Shown in pieces: positions 1 to 12,863 of a stretch of DNA of 64,000 nucleotides. Source of the stretch: Octopus vulgaris. Its lineage: Eukaryota. The notes under the pieces were generated by a model, which was not told the origin of the DNA, ran no database searches, and was given only the letters and a program-made list of their open reading frames with translations. The first letter of the stretch is position 1. Each line of letters begins with the position of its first letter. Position numbers and translations under genes: made by a program. The stretch spans positions 47,120,001 through 47,184,000 of the forward strand of contig OX597825.1 in assembly GCA_951406725.2 (NCBI GenBank). Direction: 5' to 3'.

Positions 1-1257
1 GAGGACCTATTCCTTGGCATGTCTTAAACGGATTCACCTGCGCGCGGTCATACCTTAATGTTATGTGAAGCAATACCCCTTGCTTCAAGTGTAATATCGG
101 GAAAGTAGAAGGCTAGCAGGCTAAACTGTAAATAAACAGGTAGAAAGCAACGGGAAGACACAGTTATACCTTTTCCAAAAAAAGTTTACGACTCTTCAGA
201 CTTTATCTTGTTCGTGACCACCAAAACCTATAGGCCTGTTGATCCATGACAATGGATGCCCGTAGGCATGACGCATAAAGAGAGCAGAAGGACACATGGT
301 ACTTTTCAAGGCCTCTGAAACTAGTGGAAGAAAATTATTCTTAAACGGGCGACATGATCTGAATACTTTGGGACTCAACTCCAAAGCTAGATGGTGGTGC
401 CAAACCCTGTAACTCTGAGTCTATTATTTCTTTATCGAAAGAAATATTTGCAACATGTTTTTATGTATTTCATATGTAGAAATATTTCTAACGTTCTATA
501 TACATCTACATATGTTCTTTTGTTACTTGTTTTGTTTTATCTATTATATATCACGCCAACCGAATCCCCTTTTACGTTCTCTTCTTATTTTTATTATCTT
601 TCATCACTTTACTCTTATCAAGCTATTTCTCGTACAATCTCGTATAATATAAACAACTCCCATTTTGAGTACCCATACAGTATTTTCTTATTTTTAATGC
701 ATTGAACAATAAAAGTTTTAAATACTACAAACAAATCAGTTTAATATATATTCTTGTACATTAACCGACGTTTTTCTAGTTCTGGTTTTTCTCCTTATAT
801 ATTACTGGTCATGGATCAGGAATATTAATTTTCACAATGATCTACAGAGTTCTGCCCTATGCAGTAGACATAACCATTTGTTCTAAATTAAATTGCTTAT
901 AAATTGTAAAAAAAAAAAATCATTTAAAATGTAAATATATATTTATATTCAAATATTTTGTTGCATTTCCATTATATATATTTGCAATATAAAAGAGAGT
1001 AATACTAATTTGTGATAAATTTGTATTGCAATAACTAATATGGAAACATGCGCAATCACATAAACCCCATCACATATATACTCGACAACTCGCAGTTAGA
1101 ACTATTAATTTGCATGTATACATTTATTTCCATCTTTAGATTGAACCTACTGCAAATGATAATGAGATCTAAATTTCATTCAATAAAAGATTATTATTTC
1201 GTTTTTGGATTTGGTTTGCAAGATTCTTTATGTGAGTTCGTGTGTTGAAGCATATTC

Positions 1258-1537
1258 TGTTGTGTCTGGGGAGAGTCATTTTCCTTTTGTGCATTATAAT
1301 TTAATACACTCCGCGGTAAAATTTCCACTTATTTCTTATTTCTATTTCCTAAAAATTTTCGTTGCGTCTTGCAACATTTTCAATAGTCTTGAACGGACAG
1401 AGTCAAGTCAATTGAAAAGGTTGCAAGATGCAATGAAAATTTTAGGAAAATAAAAATAAGGAATAAGTGGAAATTTTACCGGTGAATGTGTTAAATTATA
1501 AGGCACAGAAAGAAAATGACTCTCTCCGGACACAACA
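1258..1537. mobile_element. Foldback/MITE-like palindromic element (~135-bp imperfect inverted arms, 10-bp spacer)
   Basis: 1258-1392 (tgttgtgtctggggagagtcatttt...caatagtcttga) is the diverged reverse complement of 1403-1537 (tcaagtcaattg...ctctccggacacaaca). Confidence 0.75.
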
Positions 1538-2299
1538 AAAGATTATTAGTTTCCTCTTAATTAGATTGTCTTACTTTTCTCAATGCCAAAATGTTGGGCG
1601 CATAAGACAATAATCTTTTTGTTGAGTGGCTATCAGAATAGTCTTCTCCTGCCGGAACGTTATCTGATCAAATTCGCTTTATTTATTTACTATGTAAGAC
1701 AATTCACAGTATAGCCATGTTATATATGTAGACTTAATTATCCACTCCATTTATTATTGAGTCCAATAATAATTTTCTACCCCATAAAGATAGGTGCACA
1801 TAGTTGTACACGTTTCAGTGGTTTAATGAAGAAAACAACTGAATATTTTCACTTTCGATGTAGAACAAGCAGCTGTTGTCCAGCAATCTATGGACTCGGT
1901 CATATGTATCCCTTTTACTAGACGCAGCAATGAATCAATATATTCTTTTTGTGGAGAAAGTTAATGAAATTATTTGATATTCATCGGTTTCTTACAGCTA
2001 TGTATCGAATCTGGGTGGTGGGTAGAGTTCCTTTGGGGCTAATCGTGTTAATACCTCAGATTCATAGGAGAGATTAGTTTTCGTTGCATTTATGTATTGT
2101 ATTATTATGTGCTTTAATATTTTAAGTAGAATAACCTCGAATTTGAAACTGGACTATCAATTCCTTTTATAAGAAACTGACCACCTCTGTACATTGATAG
2201 ACATCACAGAAAATTCAAATAAGGAAACTGATGAGAAATGTATCATAAAGTAATAAATGGCCTGAGCCAATACTGGCCGAAACCTATGAAATTATCAAA

Positions 2300-2300
<1 letters not shown>

Positions 2301-2389
<89 letters not shown>
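2301..2389. repeat. (TA)n/(TG)n compound microsatellite
   Basis: Direct sequence; one of dozens of such tracts in the window. Confidence 0.95.
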
Positions 2390-2490
2390 GGTTATCAGTA
2401 ATAATAAAAGGGTGAAATTAATTAATTAGGGATAATTATCAATTACACCAAGTAGATTTCGGTATGTAAAAGCCCCATTCGAGGAAAATT

Positions 2491-3178
2491 TAAGTAATAC
2501 TAAGTAATTAAGGGTTTAGCAACGAATTGCCTCACCAACACACCGAATTTAGAAATAGCAGTCAAAGAGATATAGCTATTCCTTCTACTAAAGGGGGATC
2601 TCAGTAAAAACACAGCACTTAAAAGGCAAACACAGACAGGTAAGAAAGAAAGAATGAAATGACGGCAATCCATCATGCAATTTTAAGTTACCTACGGACG
2701 TACGTTTCGAGATCAAGTTTTAGGATATCATAAGAATTAGATGGAAGGGGGCTGGTGACACAAACTTTCATTCAAACTTTGAATTTCGTGGTACTGGTCA
2801 TGCTTTGGCTCGCTCTGACACTGAGTTGAGATGACGCATTCTAGTATCTCAAAATTTAATATACAATTATTCACAATTGTAGTATCCTGCGCCGATGAGA
2901 GAAGAAGTCTGGGTAAAGTAGAATTTTCTAATTCTTATGATATCCTAAAACTTGATCTCGAAACGTACGTCCGTAGGTAACTTAAAATTGCATGATGGAT
3001 TGCCGTCATTTCATTCTTTCTTTCTTACCTGTCTGTGTTTGCCTTTTAAGTGCTGTGTTTTTACTGAGATCCCCCTTTTAGTAGAAGGAATAGCTATATC
3101 TCTTTGACTGCTATTTCTAAATTCGGTGTGTTGGTGAGGCAATTCGTTGCTAAACCCTTAATTACTTAGTATTACTTA
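2491..3178. repeat. ~251-bp near-perfect inverted repeat, probably an inverted PLE pseudo-LTR
   Basis: 2491-2741 is the reverse complement of 2927-3178 (one 1-nt indel seen). A hammerhead motif overlaps the right arm. Related fragments occur at ~41571-41688 and ~43960-44045. Confidence 0.9.
2886..2977 (+). ncRNA. Type I hammerhead ribozyme motif (U4C core variant, extended stem II)
   Basis: cctgcg-CCGATGA-gaga...(long imperfect hairpin)...tctc-GAAA-cgtacg-TC-cgtagg. Stem I cctgcg/cgtagg, palindromic stem III, GUC triplet. Confidence 0.7.
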
Positions 3179-3399
3179 TATATATATATATATATACATC
3201 TATATATAAAACTGATTATAACAGTTATTATAGTCCACTCTGCATTCTTGTGCCATTCAAGACACGTTATATTTTGCAAACTATACAAAATGTTTCAAGC
3301 GAAGTACAATAATCTCATATAATTTTTCTTTTGTTACTGTTCTTTTAGTTCAACTCTTGAAATATATGTATATGTTCGCAGAAGCCTTCTCAAATCGTG

Positions 3400-4060
3400 C
3401 AAACGATCCCTTGCAAAACCACTGCAGTTTCTTTTGCAGAGCTTTCTTGGAAATGGTAAGCTACCAGTCCAATTGAAGAAAGGATAATAGGCTCTATCCA
3501 TAAAAAACGAAACAGAGCAGATGCTATAAACTATTGGCCTAACTCTCTGGTCTCACACACTATCAAAGTCCTTGAGACTGACTTACTGACTGACACCCAG
3601 CATAGCTTTCGAGCAGGTAGAAACTACCTGACACAAATCTTATGGTATACAACTGAGTGTTAAAGCAGCTGAAGAAAATGCAGACAAGATACACTGGCCC
3701 AAGAAGGATTGCAATCACTGAATCAAGATCAGTGCGCGACTCGAGCATTAACATGATTAATGATGCACCTTTCAGGTGCATATTACTGAGTTGGCAATAA
3801 AATGCTGGCGGCTGATCGGATGGATCATTAGAACTTTTAGTAGGAGATATCAGGAGACGATGGCCATTTAGACGACTGCTCTGAACTATGGTCATCACAC
3901 ACTGTAAAATAACCGGCGGATCTGGAAGCAACCCAGTGAAGCTACACAAAGATCATCTCAGTGCGATTTGACCGCTACTGGGAGAGTTTGAAAAAGTTAA
4001 GACTACTCCTTAGAATAAAGCTGAGAAATATATACAATGATATACATCTTGAAAATCCTG
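3400..4060 (+). pseudogene. Highly decayed CR1/L2-like LINE reverse transcriptase fragment
   Basis: Translates to IHKKRNRADAINYWPNSLVSHTIKVLE and QHSFRAGRNYLTQ, degenerate NYRPISL / QHGFR motifs. Confidence 0.6.
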
Positions 4061-4559
4061 GAAGAAATAGTATCATACTTTGGTGGTACTCCAGCATGGC
4101 CGCAGCTCTCGAGCTGAAACTGGTAAATTGATAAAAGAAAGAACAAAACAATATGCATGTGATTTCTCATTACGCTTAAATGCGAAGCCAGAATTTTCCA
4201 CTCGAGATGAATATAACAAACTACTCCAAATCTTTATTAGAGTATCTGCGTAAATGGATCCGAGACAGACTCGTTTGTACTAGCATCAAGTCGTATAAGG
4301 TATTATAAAGAAGTCTAAACAAATAATGATACTTTTGTCAAATTTTGTAATTCTCTTTGCACAGGTAAACGAACAAGTATCAAATATCTGTAATCTGCGA
4401 ATTTCTATCTCGCCGTAGCGGAAGCACAACTAAAAGCAGAACCTATGAGGAGGTATAACAACATCACACGTAATCCTGTTGAGATGAAATCAACTCTTGA
4501 TTTTTTTAATAATTGAGAAGGATGATAACTATGAATGACTATGATGAAGTGATCGGCGT

Positions 4560-7500
4560 AGGTGACCTCACAGACCAAGTTCCACCACTGAACCTTTAAA
4601 TACTCCTTTTGTCCTCTCCTAAGAAGCTACATACACTCTCAACGAGTATGTTACTTTCATCCATCTTTTCACTACTCTTTTCATGCGATACCTCTACACA
4701 ACCACTTTCACGATCGCTACTACATCCAGAAAACAGATCTTCCATTCCCTTTTCAGTGAGGGTGGTGCAACAATCTTTATAATTGACTCGGAAGACAGCT
4801 GTATTCTTCCTAAACGTGACAGCAGGTGTTCGACATAAACTTACAACTCGATAGTTTCTGCGTTGCACAATAGCAATTGGGTTGGCATGAATAGCCATGC
4901 CTAGCGAGTTTGTCTCGAACTGGTAAGTCTCCTCGGTAACATTACGAAGCCAGAGACCTTTGGAAGTTGTCCAAAGGCCTCGGCCCAAATGTCCTTTGGA
5001 ACAAACCAACAAGTTGACCTTCATCGAAACCCAAAGTTTCCCCAGATCATCGTCACACTTGGCCTCTATCAGCCCTCTATAGAATGATGAGGTGGAACCC
5101 TCACCATCGGCATTACCCGTCCAGGAGAGAAGCGCGAGAGCCTGCCGACATTTGGCATACCACGCTCCCAAATTAGGTCTACGCTTCATCCACAGTTCCA
5201 ATTCACCGAAACTAGGGAATTGAGGAAGAATCAGTTTGACGAACGAAGACCACACTCGTTCACCATCCAGATAGAGCCAAAGATACCTCAGACTTAGCGC
5301 ATGCCTACGCATCATTAGCCTCGGCATCCTTAGCCCAACCATTAGCAGCTGCTGGCAGCAGACAGTGCCTTACAAGCGGACACTTGCCCTTCCACAAAAA
5401 GCGAAAGAGCAATCGTTCCATCTTGCTCAGCCACGTTCCATCTTGCTCAGACAAGGCACGACAGTTAAGCAGTAAGTAATCACAGATGCGATGAACACAT
5501 TTACGATCTCTGCCCTCCCTTTCAGGAATAGACACCGCTCAGACTAGGTCTGAGTTAGGTAGGCCTCTCTGCTCGTAACCTCGCTCCAATTCTTCTGTCT
5601 AGAGGTCTGGACTGTACCAAACTCCTAGCATTTTAAGCGGACCTTCCGTCCAACGCACGACTGCGTTGTTGGGTGGTATTGACTTGTCTCTCCAGATGCC
5701 CACTAACATATCACGGTTGATATTTGTTCCTACCACCGCCTCGTAATCTTTAATGACCTCGCCTACTTTCTGCAGGTGTTCCACCTCGGACACGATGATG
5801 GTGATGTCGTCCGCATACACCGCAACCGACTTTCCACATACTAGATCACATGGGGCGCCCCTCATACCCTCGAACCTCCGCAGAATAGGCTCCAGCACAT
5901 ATAGAAGTGGGTAGAGGGGACATCCTTGACGTACCGAATGCTTGATGCAGAACGGTTTCGAAAAGAAATCGTTCACCCGAACGATCGAATCGATGTTGCT
6001 ATATAAAACAATGATCCACCCACGGAAGACCGGGCCAAGACCAAACGCAGTGAAAACCGACATCAGATACTGATGCTCAACCCTTTCAAAAGCTTTAGAC
6101 TGGTCTAAATTTATCAAAGCCCCACCCTTGCCATGAATCTTCTTAACCCTCTATAAGGTATAGTGTATAAGGTGGAGATTTCCTGTATGGACCTGCCGGG
6201 AATGGCGCAAGTTTGCGCCTCCCCGATGAGTCCATACACGACACACGCCAACCTTTTTGATAGTACGTTGGCCAAAATCTTCAACTCTGCGTTAAACAGA
6301 GTGATGGGCCGAAAATGATCTACTATATTCCCCTTGTTAGCACAACCCCGCCGGCTGACAGATCTAGGTATAAACCCATTCTCCTGCCAGTTGGTGTAGA
6401 CGCATGCTAGTAGCTGTGATCGGTGGAGAAGTCCACGAAGTCCTCCCTACGCTCCGGTCCACGAATAGCTCGTGAAAAACCTTGCACCTCTCCTCGGGTT
6501 CGTTTACCGTACGCTCTTGTTGATCCGTCAAAGACCTTATTGTGGCATCATTGCCACAGTGGGTCTCCTTCACACAGGCCCATCGGGCGGCGTTGACTCC
6601 CTCTCGTCCCATTGCACGAAGCTTAGCTCTAACGATGTATCCATCGTGTATAGCCTTAAGGTGTTGACTGAGTGCCAATCTCGCGGCCAAAACTTGGGAC
6701 ACACTGCCAGTCCTCAATGTCTCTTCTAGAGCCTTAACTAGGCCCCTTTCTATTCTATACGTCTTCCCTACTAGCTCCTTACTGAACTTAATAGACTCAA
6801 ACTTGAGGGCACACCACCATATGTTGTTAATAACAGATGCGGTTAGTGTCCTCATTACTAATTGCCTAATCTGACTTCTGTACACTTCACAAGCCAGAAG
6901 CGACTTTCCAGTAGTCGGATCCCTGTGTACATAACCTATCTAAGTCAAACCTACAGGTCATAAGTTTGTGATCACTGTAGCTGACCAAGTGGAATTGTGG
7001 AAAACTGTCTTTATCTTTACGTCTAACTATAATCCTAAGTAAGATCTAGAAGACCCATCACTGTTAACCCGTGCCCACCCTGGAGCATAAGGGAATTCTG
7101 GTATGTATCAATCTTCCGGCTGAAAGCGACTGAGCAGATCGTTGAGGCATGAGTTTCCCCCACTATCTGAGTTCGAGCCAACATAAACTATGCGTGCATC
7201 TCCTAACAACACTAAAGTTTGTGACGTTCCTGAAAAATTCTCTACGCCTCGAAAAAAGTCTGATTGCACACCTCTACAGGGAGCATAGAGAGTTACCAAT
7301 CTGAATGCTGTGCGTCATATAAACGACGAATAGCCTGCCCTCCGGATCAACAAAGATTGTCCTTAACTGTAGTTTCAAATCCTTCCTGAGTAGGACCACG
7401 ACACCTCCCCCCACTCCAGGATGGCAAGAAGAAATAAATTTCTCGTAGCCGTTTAGGAGTGGGGAGAAAGCCTGCAGTTCACTCTGTCTGGTTTCTGTAG

Positions 7501-7900
7501 TAATGAAACGATCTAAACTGTACGTTAAGGAGGTGACCTTGTTTCCAATCCCAAACCACGTACATTTATGCAGCCTACCTTAAGAGAACAGAAAAAAGAT
7601 TTCTTACCTAGTGGTGGGAATGTGTCTGCGGGGAGCAGGGTAGGGATCAGTGACTATGGGGTAGGGTGGGGACTAATGTATGTGGGTGCAGGATGGAGGT
7701 TCTTTCTTTCCAAACAATGATCCACTCGTCGTCTTTTGTTTGGTTTTCTTTCTTCTTCATTTTGTTCGTCTCCACCTGGGTCTTTGCTGCTGCTGGTGTC
7801 GCCGGATCTTTTTTTCGAGTTTGGCTTGTTTTTTTACGGTAAAGTACTGTTTGTTGTAATTATTGTTGAATTATTGTTGAACTGATTTTGTTACCGTGTT
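4560..7900 (-). mobile_element. Decayed Tx1-like (L1 clade) LINE: ORF2 (APE-RT) and ORF1 tail
   Basis: ORF pieces INLDQSKAF, VRQGCPL, YADD, RFLWKG and APE-like TLYAP are colinear with the 27099-30536 ORF2. Confidence 0.9.
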
Positions 7901-9000
7901 GTTAAAACACTTTATTAATTCTGCGTTGTTGCAGACACGTTAACGTTTCCCTACTTGTTTGAAAGGGGAAAATATCTAATTGTGTATTGTTCTATACATA
8001 TAAAAAAAATTATGATATTCTCGGACTTAAGTTCTACTGACGTCGAATCCTCCAGGGAGGAATTAACTCAGTGTGTCAAAATTTTGGACAAAATTATACA
8101 AAAGGAAAACGACAGTACGACAGAAACCAAAACAATTTTGACTCGATGATTAGCGTCACAAGAGAAAAGATGTCCATCGAAACGAATCAAATTGATAAAT
8201 TCAAAGGTCTTCCACGTAAGGAGGGGCACGAAATTAAAATACCCCCTCCGAGCAAATTGTACCATACAAATTCCCATAAAACAGTGATTTTTTAAAACCG
8301 TCTCTAAGAAAAATAAAAGGTGACGAAAGAACAGGTGGAAAAGTGTCTGAGGCCCATCTGGCAGGATATAGTATATCTTGCAAGGGAAAAACGTTTTGCA
8401 ACGACGGAGGCTCGGTTCTCATCCGAAGCTATTGCCAGGCAACAATCTACGACCCAGCTGAAATCTAACGAAGTGGTCCTGTTACCTACGTACCTGGTTA
8501 GACGTACTTCCAAGGTTAAGGTGGGAGAGATCCACCAGAGGTTGACGTTGCCTTCCTCGTGGCGACAATCACCTTATTGGCCTAACTCTCTGGTCTCACA
8601 CACTATCAAAGTCCTTGAGACTGACTTACTGACTGACTCCCAGCATAGCTTTCGAGCAGGTAGAAGCCACCTGACACAAATAACAATCCTCCAAGCAACT
8701 AAAATCAAACAACAGAACTGGCAGGACTAAGAAATGCTAATCCAGGCTGCCCCTGCATACCTCAAGGAGATTGTCGACACCATACTGGTAGGCGACGACA
8801 CCAATCTAAAGGTTATGGTGGAGGGTAGAAAGTCTTGTTGTTTTAAGTGTGGCCCAAGGGCCACATAAGAGCAGAGTGCCCTCCACCTAAACCACAAGAA
8901 AAACCACCAGTAGGGAAAGCAGCCGCACCTCCAGCGGTAAAAGCACAATTGAAGAAAGATGATTGTTATTACAAGAAGGTAGGCTGCGATTGGCCGACAA
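7900..9000 (+). pseudogene. Tx1-like ORF1 (Gag-like, CCHC knuckle) fragment, inverted relative to the adjacent ORF2
   Basis: EQVEKCLRPIWQDIVYL...RF...LLPTYLVRRTSKVKV resembles the ORF1 at 25822. A frameshifted CFKCG..GHIRAEC knuckle lies at ~8835-8880. Confidence 0.75.
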
Positions 9001-9285
9001 AGGAAAGGCAGTTCCACAGTTTGATGTTGGTATTTCAGTGACATCAATTACTTGGAAAATATCGCATGGTGAACAAAAAACCGACCATGTGGTGGACAGG
9101 AAATTGGTCACGTGGTTGGATGGGAAGTAGGAAGGTGCGGTGTGATACGTAGATGTGGGAGTATATACATATATGTGTCTATGTGCTCATATATCTGTGC
9201 TTGTGCGTCTGTATTTATGCGAGTGTGTGTATGTGTGCATAGGTGTACATACACACATCCACACACACACACACACATGCACATA

Positions 9286-10577
9286 CGAAGGACGTTCAAT
9301 AAACAATACCCCTGACCAACCTGCAATTGTTTGATCTAGCTGAAATTTTGCATGTGCAATTATTCATATCTCTATAGATTAAGTGGCAAATTACAGCTCT
9401 GAACTAATTGTGGTTTCTGATTTACAGGTGTTTGAACTGAGTCAAGTGTGAAATGGAGCCAGTTGAGTGTCGAGCAGTGATCCGGTTTTTGTATTTGAAA
9501 GGACGCATACTACGGGAGACTTTTGATGAAATGAAAGTAACTTATGGTGATGATGCCCCATCATATGACCTTGTAAAACGCTGGCATCATGAATTCAAAC
9601 ATGGTCGAAACTCTGTGGAAATAGCTCCCAGATCTGGTCGCCCCCTTTCTGCCATTGATGAGGCATCTGTCCGTCAAGTTGAGGCTGCCATTTTGGAAGA
9701 TCGACGCATAACTATTCGCCAAATAGCCCATGAGGTCAAGATTAGTACCGGGTCTGTGGAAACTATCATTGATGACCATTTGCATATGCAAAAGGTGTCT
9801 GCCAGATGGATTCCCAGGTTGCTCACACCTTTCCAGAAGCAAGAACGCGTCGAGTGCTCAAGGATGAATTTGGAGATGTGCCAAGAAGATGAGTCAAAAG
9901 TTTTCAAAAGACTGATTACACAGGATGAAACCTGGGTCCATCACTATGATCCAGAGACCAAAGCCCAGTCAATGCAGTGGAAGTACCGTGACTCACCTCC
10001 TCCAATGAAGGCAAGGGTGCAGCCCTCCGCTGGCAAGGTCATGCTCACAGTCTTCTGGGACCAGGACGGAGTAGTGATGACAGATTTCCTGGCAAAGGGT
10101 ACCACAATTGCAGGAGCCTATTATGCTTCACTTTTGAGGAAATTAAGAGAAGCTATCAAAATCAAGAGGCGGGGCAAGATCAGCAAAGGCATCTTCCTCC
10201 TGCAGGACAACGCTCCGGTCCACAACTCGCTTGTCGCCAGATCAGAAGCACAGGCGTGCGGCTATGAACTCCTCCCCCATCCTCCCTATTCTCCTGATCT
10301 TGCATCCTCTGATTTTCACCTCTTCCCAGCCATGAAGTTGTTTTTGAAAGGAAAGCATTTCCCGGATGATGCAGCCTTGATGATGCAGTCACGTCGTGGT
10401 TGGAGGACCAAGCTGGGGTCTTCTACAAAAACGGTCTCCAGAGCTGTATCAAACGATGGGAGAAATGCGTAACTCTGGATGTTTCCTATGTAGAAAAAAA
10501 CTAATAACTGTGCCAAGTTTCGTTGCTCTACTGCTATGAGAAGTGGGTCAGAGGCATTACTTATTGAACGCCACTCT
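9286..10577 (+). mobile_element. Mariner DNA transposon (DD34D) with TIRs and TA target duplication
   Basis: Imperfect TIRs (cgttcaataaacaatacccctgacc / ggtcagaggcattacttattgaacg) flanked by TA at 9284-85 and 10578-79. Confidence 0.92.
9453..10472 (+). CDS. Mariner transposase, open through the catalytic triad, apparent frameshift near the C-terminus
   Basis: Motifs WIPRLL, TQDETW, QDNAPVH and HPPYSPDLASSD; 34 residues between the 2nd and 3rd Asp. Confidence 0.9.
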   Translation: MEPVECRAVIRFLYLKGRILRETFDEMKVTYGDDAPSYDLVKRWHHEFKHGRNSVEIAPRSGRPLSAIDEASVRQVEAAILEDRRITIRQIAHEVKISTGSVETIIDDHLHMQKVSARWIPRLLTPFQKQERVECSRMNLEMCQEDESKVFKRLITQDETWVHHYDPETKAQSMQWKYRDSPPPMKARVQPSAGKVMLTVFWDQDGVVMTDFLAKGTTIAGAYYASLLRKLREAIKIKRRGKISKGIFLLQDNAPVHNSLVARSEAQACGYELLPHPPYSPDLASSDFHLFPAMKLFLKGKHFPDDAALMMQSRRGWRTKLGSSTKTVSRAVSNDGRNA

Positions 10578-10646
10578 TACATATTCGAATGTATGTGTGT
10601 ATGAGCCTGCGTGTGCGTGTATAGCTGTGCATGTATATATGTACAC

Positions 10647-10683
<37 letters not shown>

Positions 10684-10789
10684 GATATATATATATATTT
10701 ATATAGAAGGGATACAGGGTTGACTCAATGAGACTCCAGCGCAGTCGTGATCGAATGGCTCTGCGGTATCGAGAATAAACCAGCCTGCA

Positions 10790-11560
10790 GATTCACACGG
10801 TTCGACATTATTGACTTCTACCCTTTCATAACTAAGTCCCTCCTTTTGAAGGTCCTAAGTTTTGTTGAGTAACACACCAACATTAGTGATCTTGATATCA
10901 GAATCATTATGAATGCCAGAAAGTCAATACTGGTCCACGGCTATTCCTTCTGGGTGAAAAGAGCAGTGGATTCATTGTTCGATGTCTCTATGGGGAGCTT
11001 TGACGGGGCTGATATCGCTGACTTTTTCGAGTTATACATTTTGGACACCCTCAAGAGTTGGCTCTCTATAGGGACGCCGGGATATGAACGGCCGCCCCTT
11101 AGACAGGTTCAGGAAGGACTTAATAAAATATCCAAGGATTTCGGCCTCTCCATAACGGTTAGTACCAATCTGACTACGATCGATTTCTTGGACGTAATCT
11201 TAGACCTGAACACGGGCTCGTATTACCCCTATAGGAATACTAACGAAGAGCTCAACCCCATTTTCCCGATCTAATTTGGAAGCTGGTTTCAGGTATTAGC
11301 AAACGAGCATCTAATCTTTCAGCCAACAGGCAGATCTTTAATAGGGCCACCCCAACTACACCGAGCAGGTTTACTGAGAAGCTGACGTATATGAATGTTC
11401 CCCAAACACCCTCTCCTAACTCCATAACGATTAGGTATAGGAAAATTATGTTTTTTTTTTCCCACTTTCAAACCAGAAGTTTCTACCAACGTAGCTAGGG
11501 GCTTCCTGTCGTTAATTAAGAAACATTTCCTCAGAGGCCATAAGTATTACAAACTTTTCA
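10790..11560 (+). mobile_element. Penelope-like element RT fragment
   Basis: FDIIDFYP (motif A), FDVSMGSFDGADIAD (motif B) and IDFLDVILDLNTGSYYPYR. Confidence 0.85.
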
Positions 11561-11591
<31 letters not shown>

Positions 11592-11714
11592 TCTATGTAT
11601 GTTGATTGTATGTATGATTGTATGTATGTACGTACGTACGTACTATATCTCTATTTATAGGACGCGTCTGAATTTTGAAACTGGAATAAAAAGATAGTTA
11701 ATACATACGTATAG

Positions 11715-12850
11715 GTAAATTACTTATTAAGCACAGAAATAGCTAAGCGTAGGAAAGCCCGTATTAAAACTGCTGCCTTAGATATTCTTACTGATAAATG
11801 GCAAGAAAAATCTCTCAATGGCAAATACTCAAAGAAAGATAGTAATGCCGATGTTAACAACGGCCTTACCCATCAATGGTTAGCGTCTTCTAGCTTAAAA
11901 TCAGAGACAGAAGGTTTTATCATAGCATCCCAGGATCAGTGCCTACCTACAAGACGTTACAGGGCCAACATCTTAAAGAACGACAGTAGCACAAACTGTC
12001 GTGTAGCACAAACAACAGGCTGGAACCATCGATCATGCTGTTTCTATGTGCAGCCTTCTTGCACCTACAGAGTATCTTAACAGGCATGATAGAGCAGCAC
12101 AGTATATTTACAGTGTATTTTGAAAAGACCTGGATCTGCCCCAAGATAAAAACCAGTGGGAACATAAACCACCTCCAGTGCTTGAAAATGATCACATCTC
12201 GCTCCTTTGGAACTTTACTGTTCAAACTGACAGAAAGATAGCTGCAAATTGGCCAGACATTATATTGAGGGATTTCAGACAAAAACCATGCCTCCTCAGC
12301 GATAAAACTGTCCCAATCGGCATAAATGTATCTGTCAGGAGCTACCAAACACCGAATAAATATGAAGACCTTACAATAGAAATTGGCAAAATGTGGACGC
12401 TCAGGACTAAAACAATACTTGTCATAGTTACTCTTAGAATGATAGCAAAAGGGGCCAGCTACCGAAGATATCAGGAAATCCAAAATTGAAAGGAATTAAA
12501 GAGGATAATGCTCATGGGAACTGCTCATATCCTATGAAAAATATTGCCTATATAATTCTCCAAAATTTTATCCTGTAAACATTGTCAAAAGTACTTTTAA
12601 ATGTACATAATAGCAAAACCACCTTTTATCGTCATCTTAAAATCTTATAACAAAATTACTTTTAAAACAAACTTCTAATTTTCTTGTTTCCACAGACATT
12701 CTCCAGAACAATACTCTGTGCAAACCCCAAAATATGGAACTCTAGTCATGATACCAACTTGAACTTCTAACTTGTTGTCTCTGGGGTGCTCTGTGTGAGA
12801 CTTGGCGTCAGCTTTTAAAAATACAAAGCAAAAGCCAAGCAAGTAATTTT
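11715..12850 (+). mobile_element. Decayed 3' part of an R4/Dong-like RLE retrotransposon
   Basis: Homologous to 58920-60056 (KWQEK, SETEGFIIA, RHD, PDII endonuclease motif, same 3' UTR). Confidence 0.85.
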
Positions 12851-12863
12851 TATTGTTATTATT

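Noticed and set aside
1-420. Coding-like segment with CFKC
   Set aside because: Stops in all plus-strand frames and no recognisable family.
3199-3215. Helitron-like 5' end TCTATATATAAAACTG
   Set aside because: No matching hairpin-CTAG 3' end was located, so no element was called.
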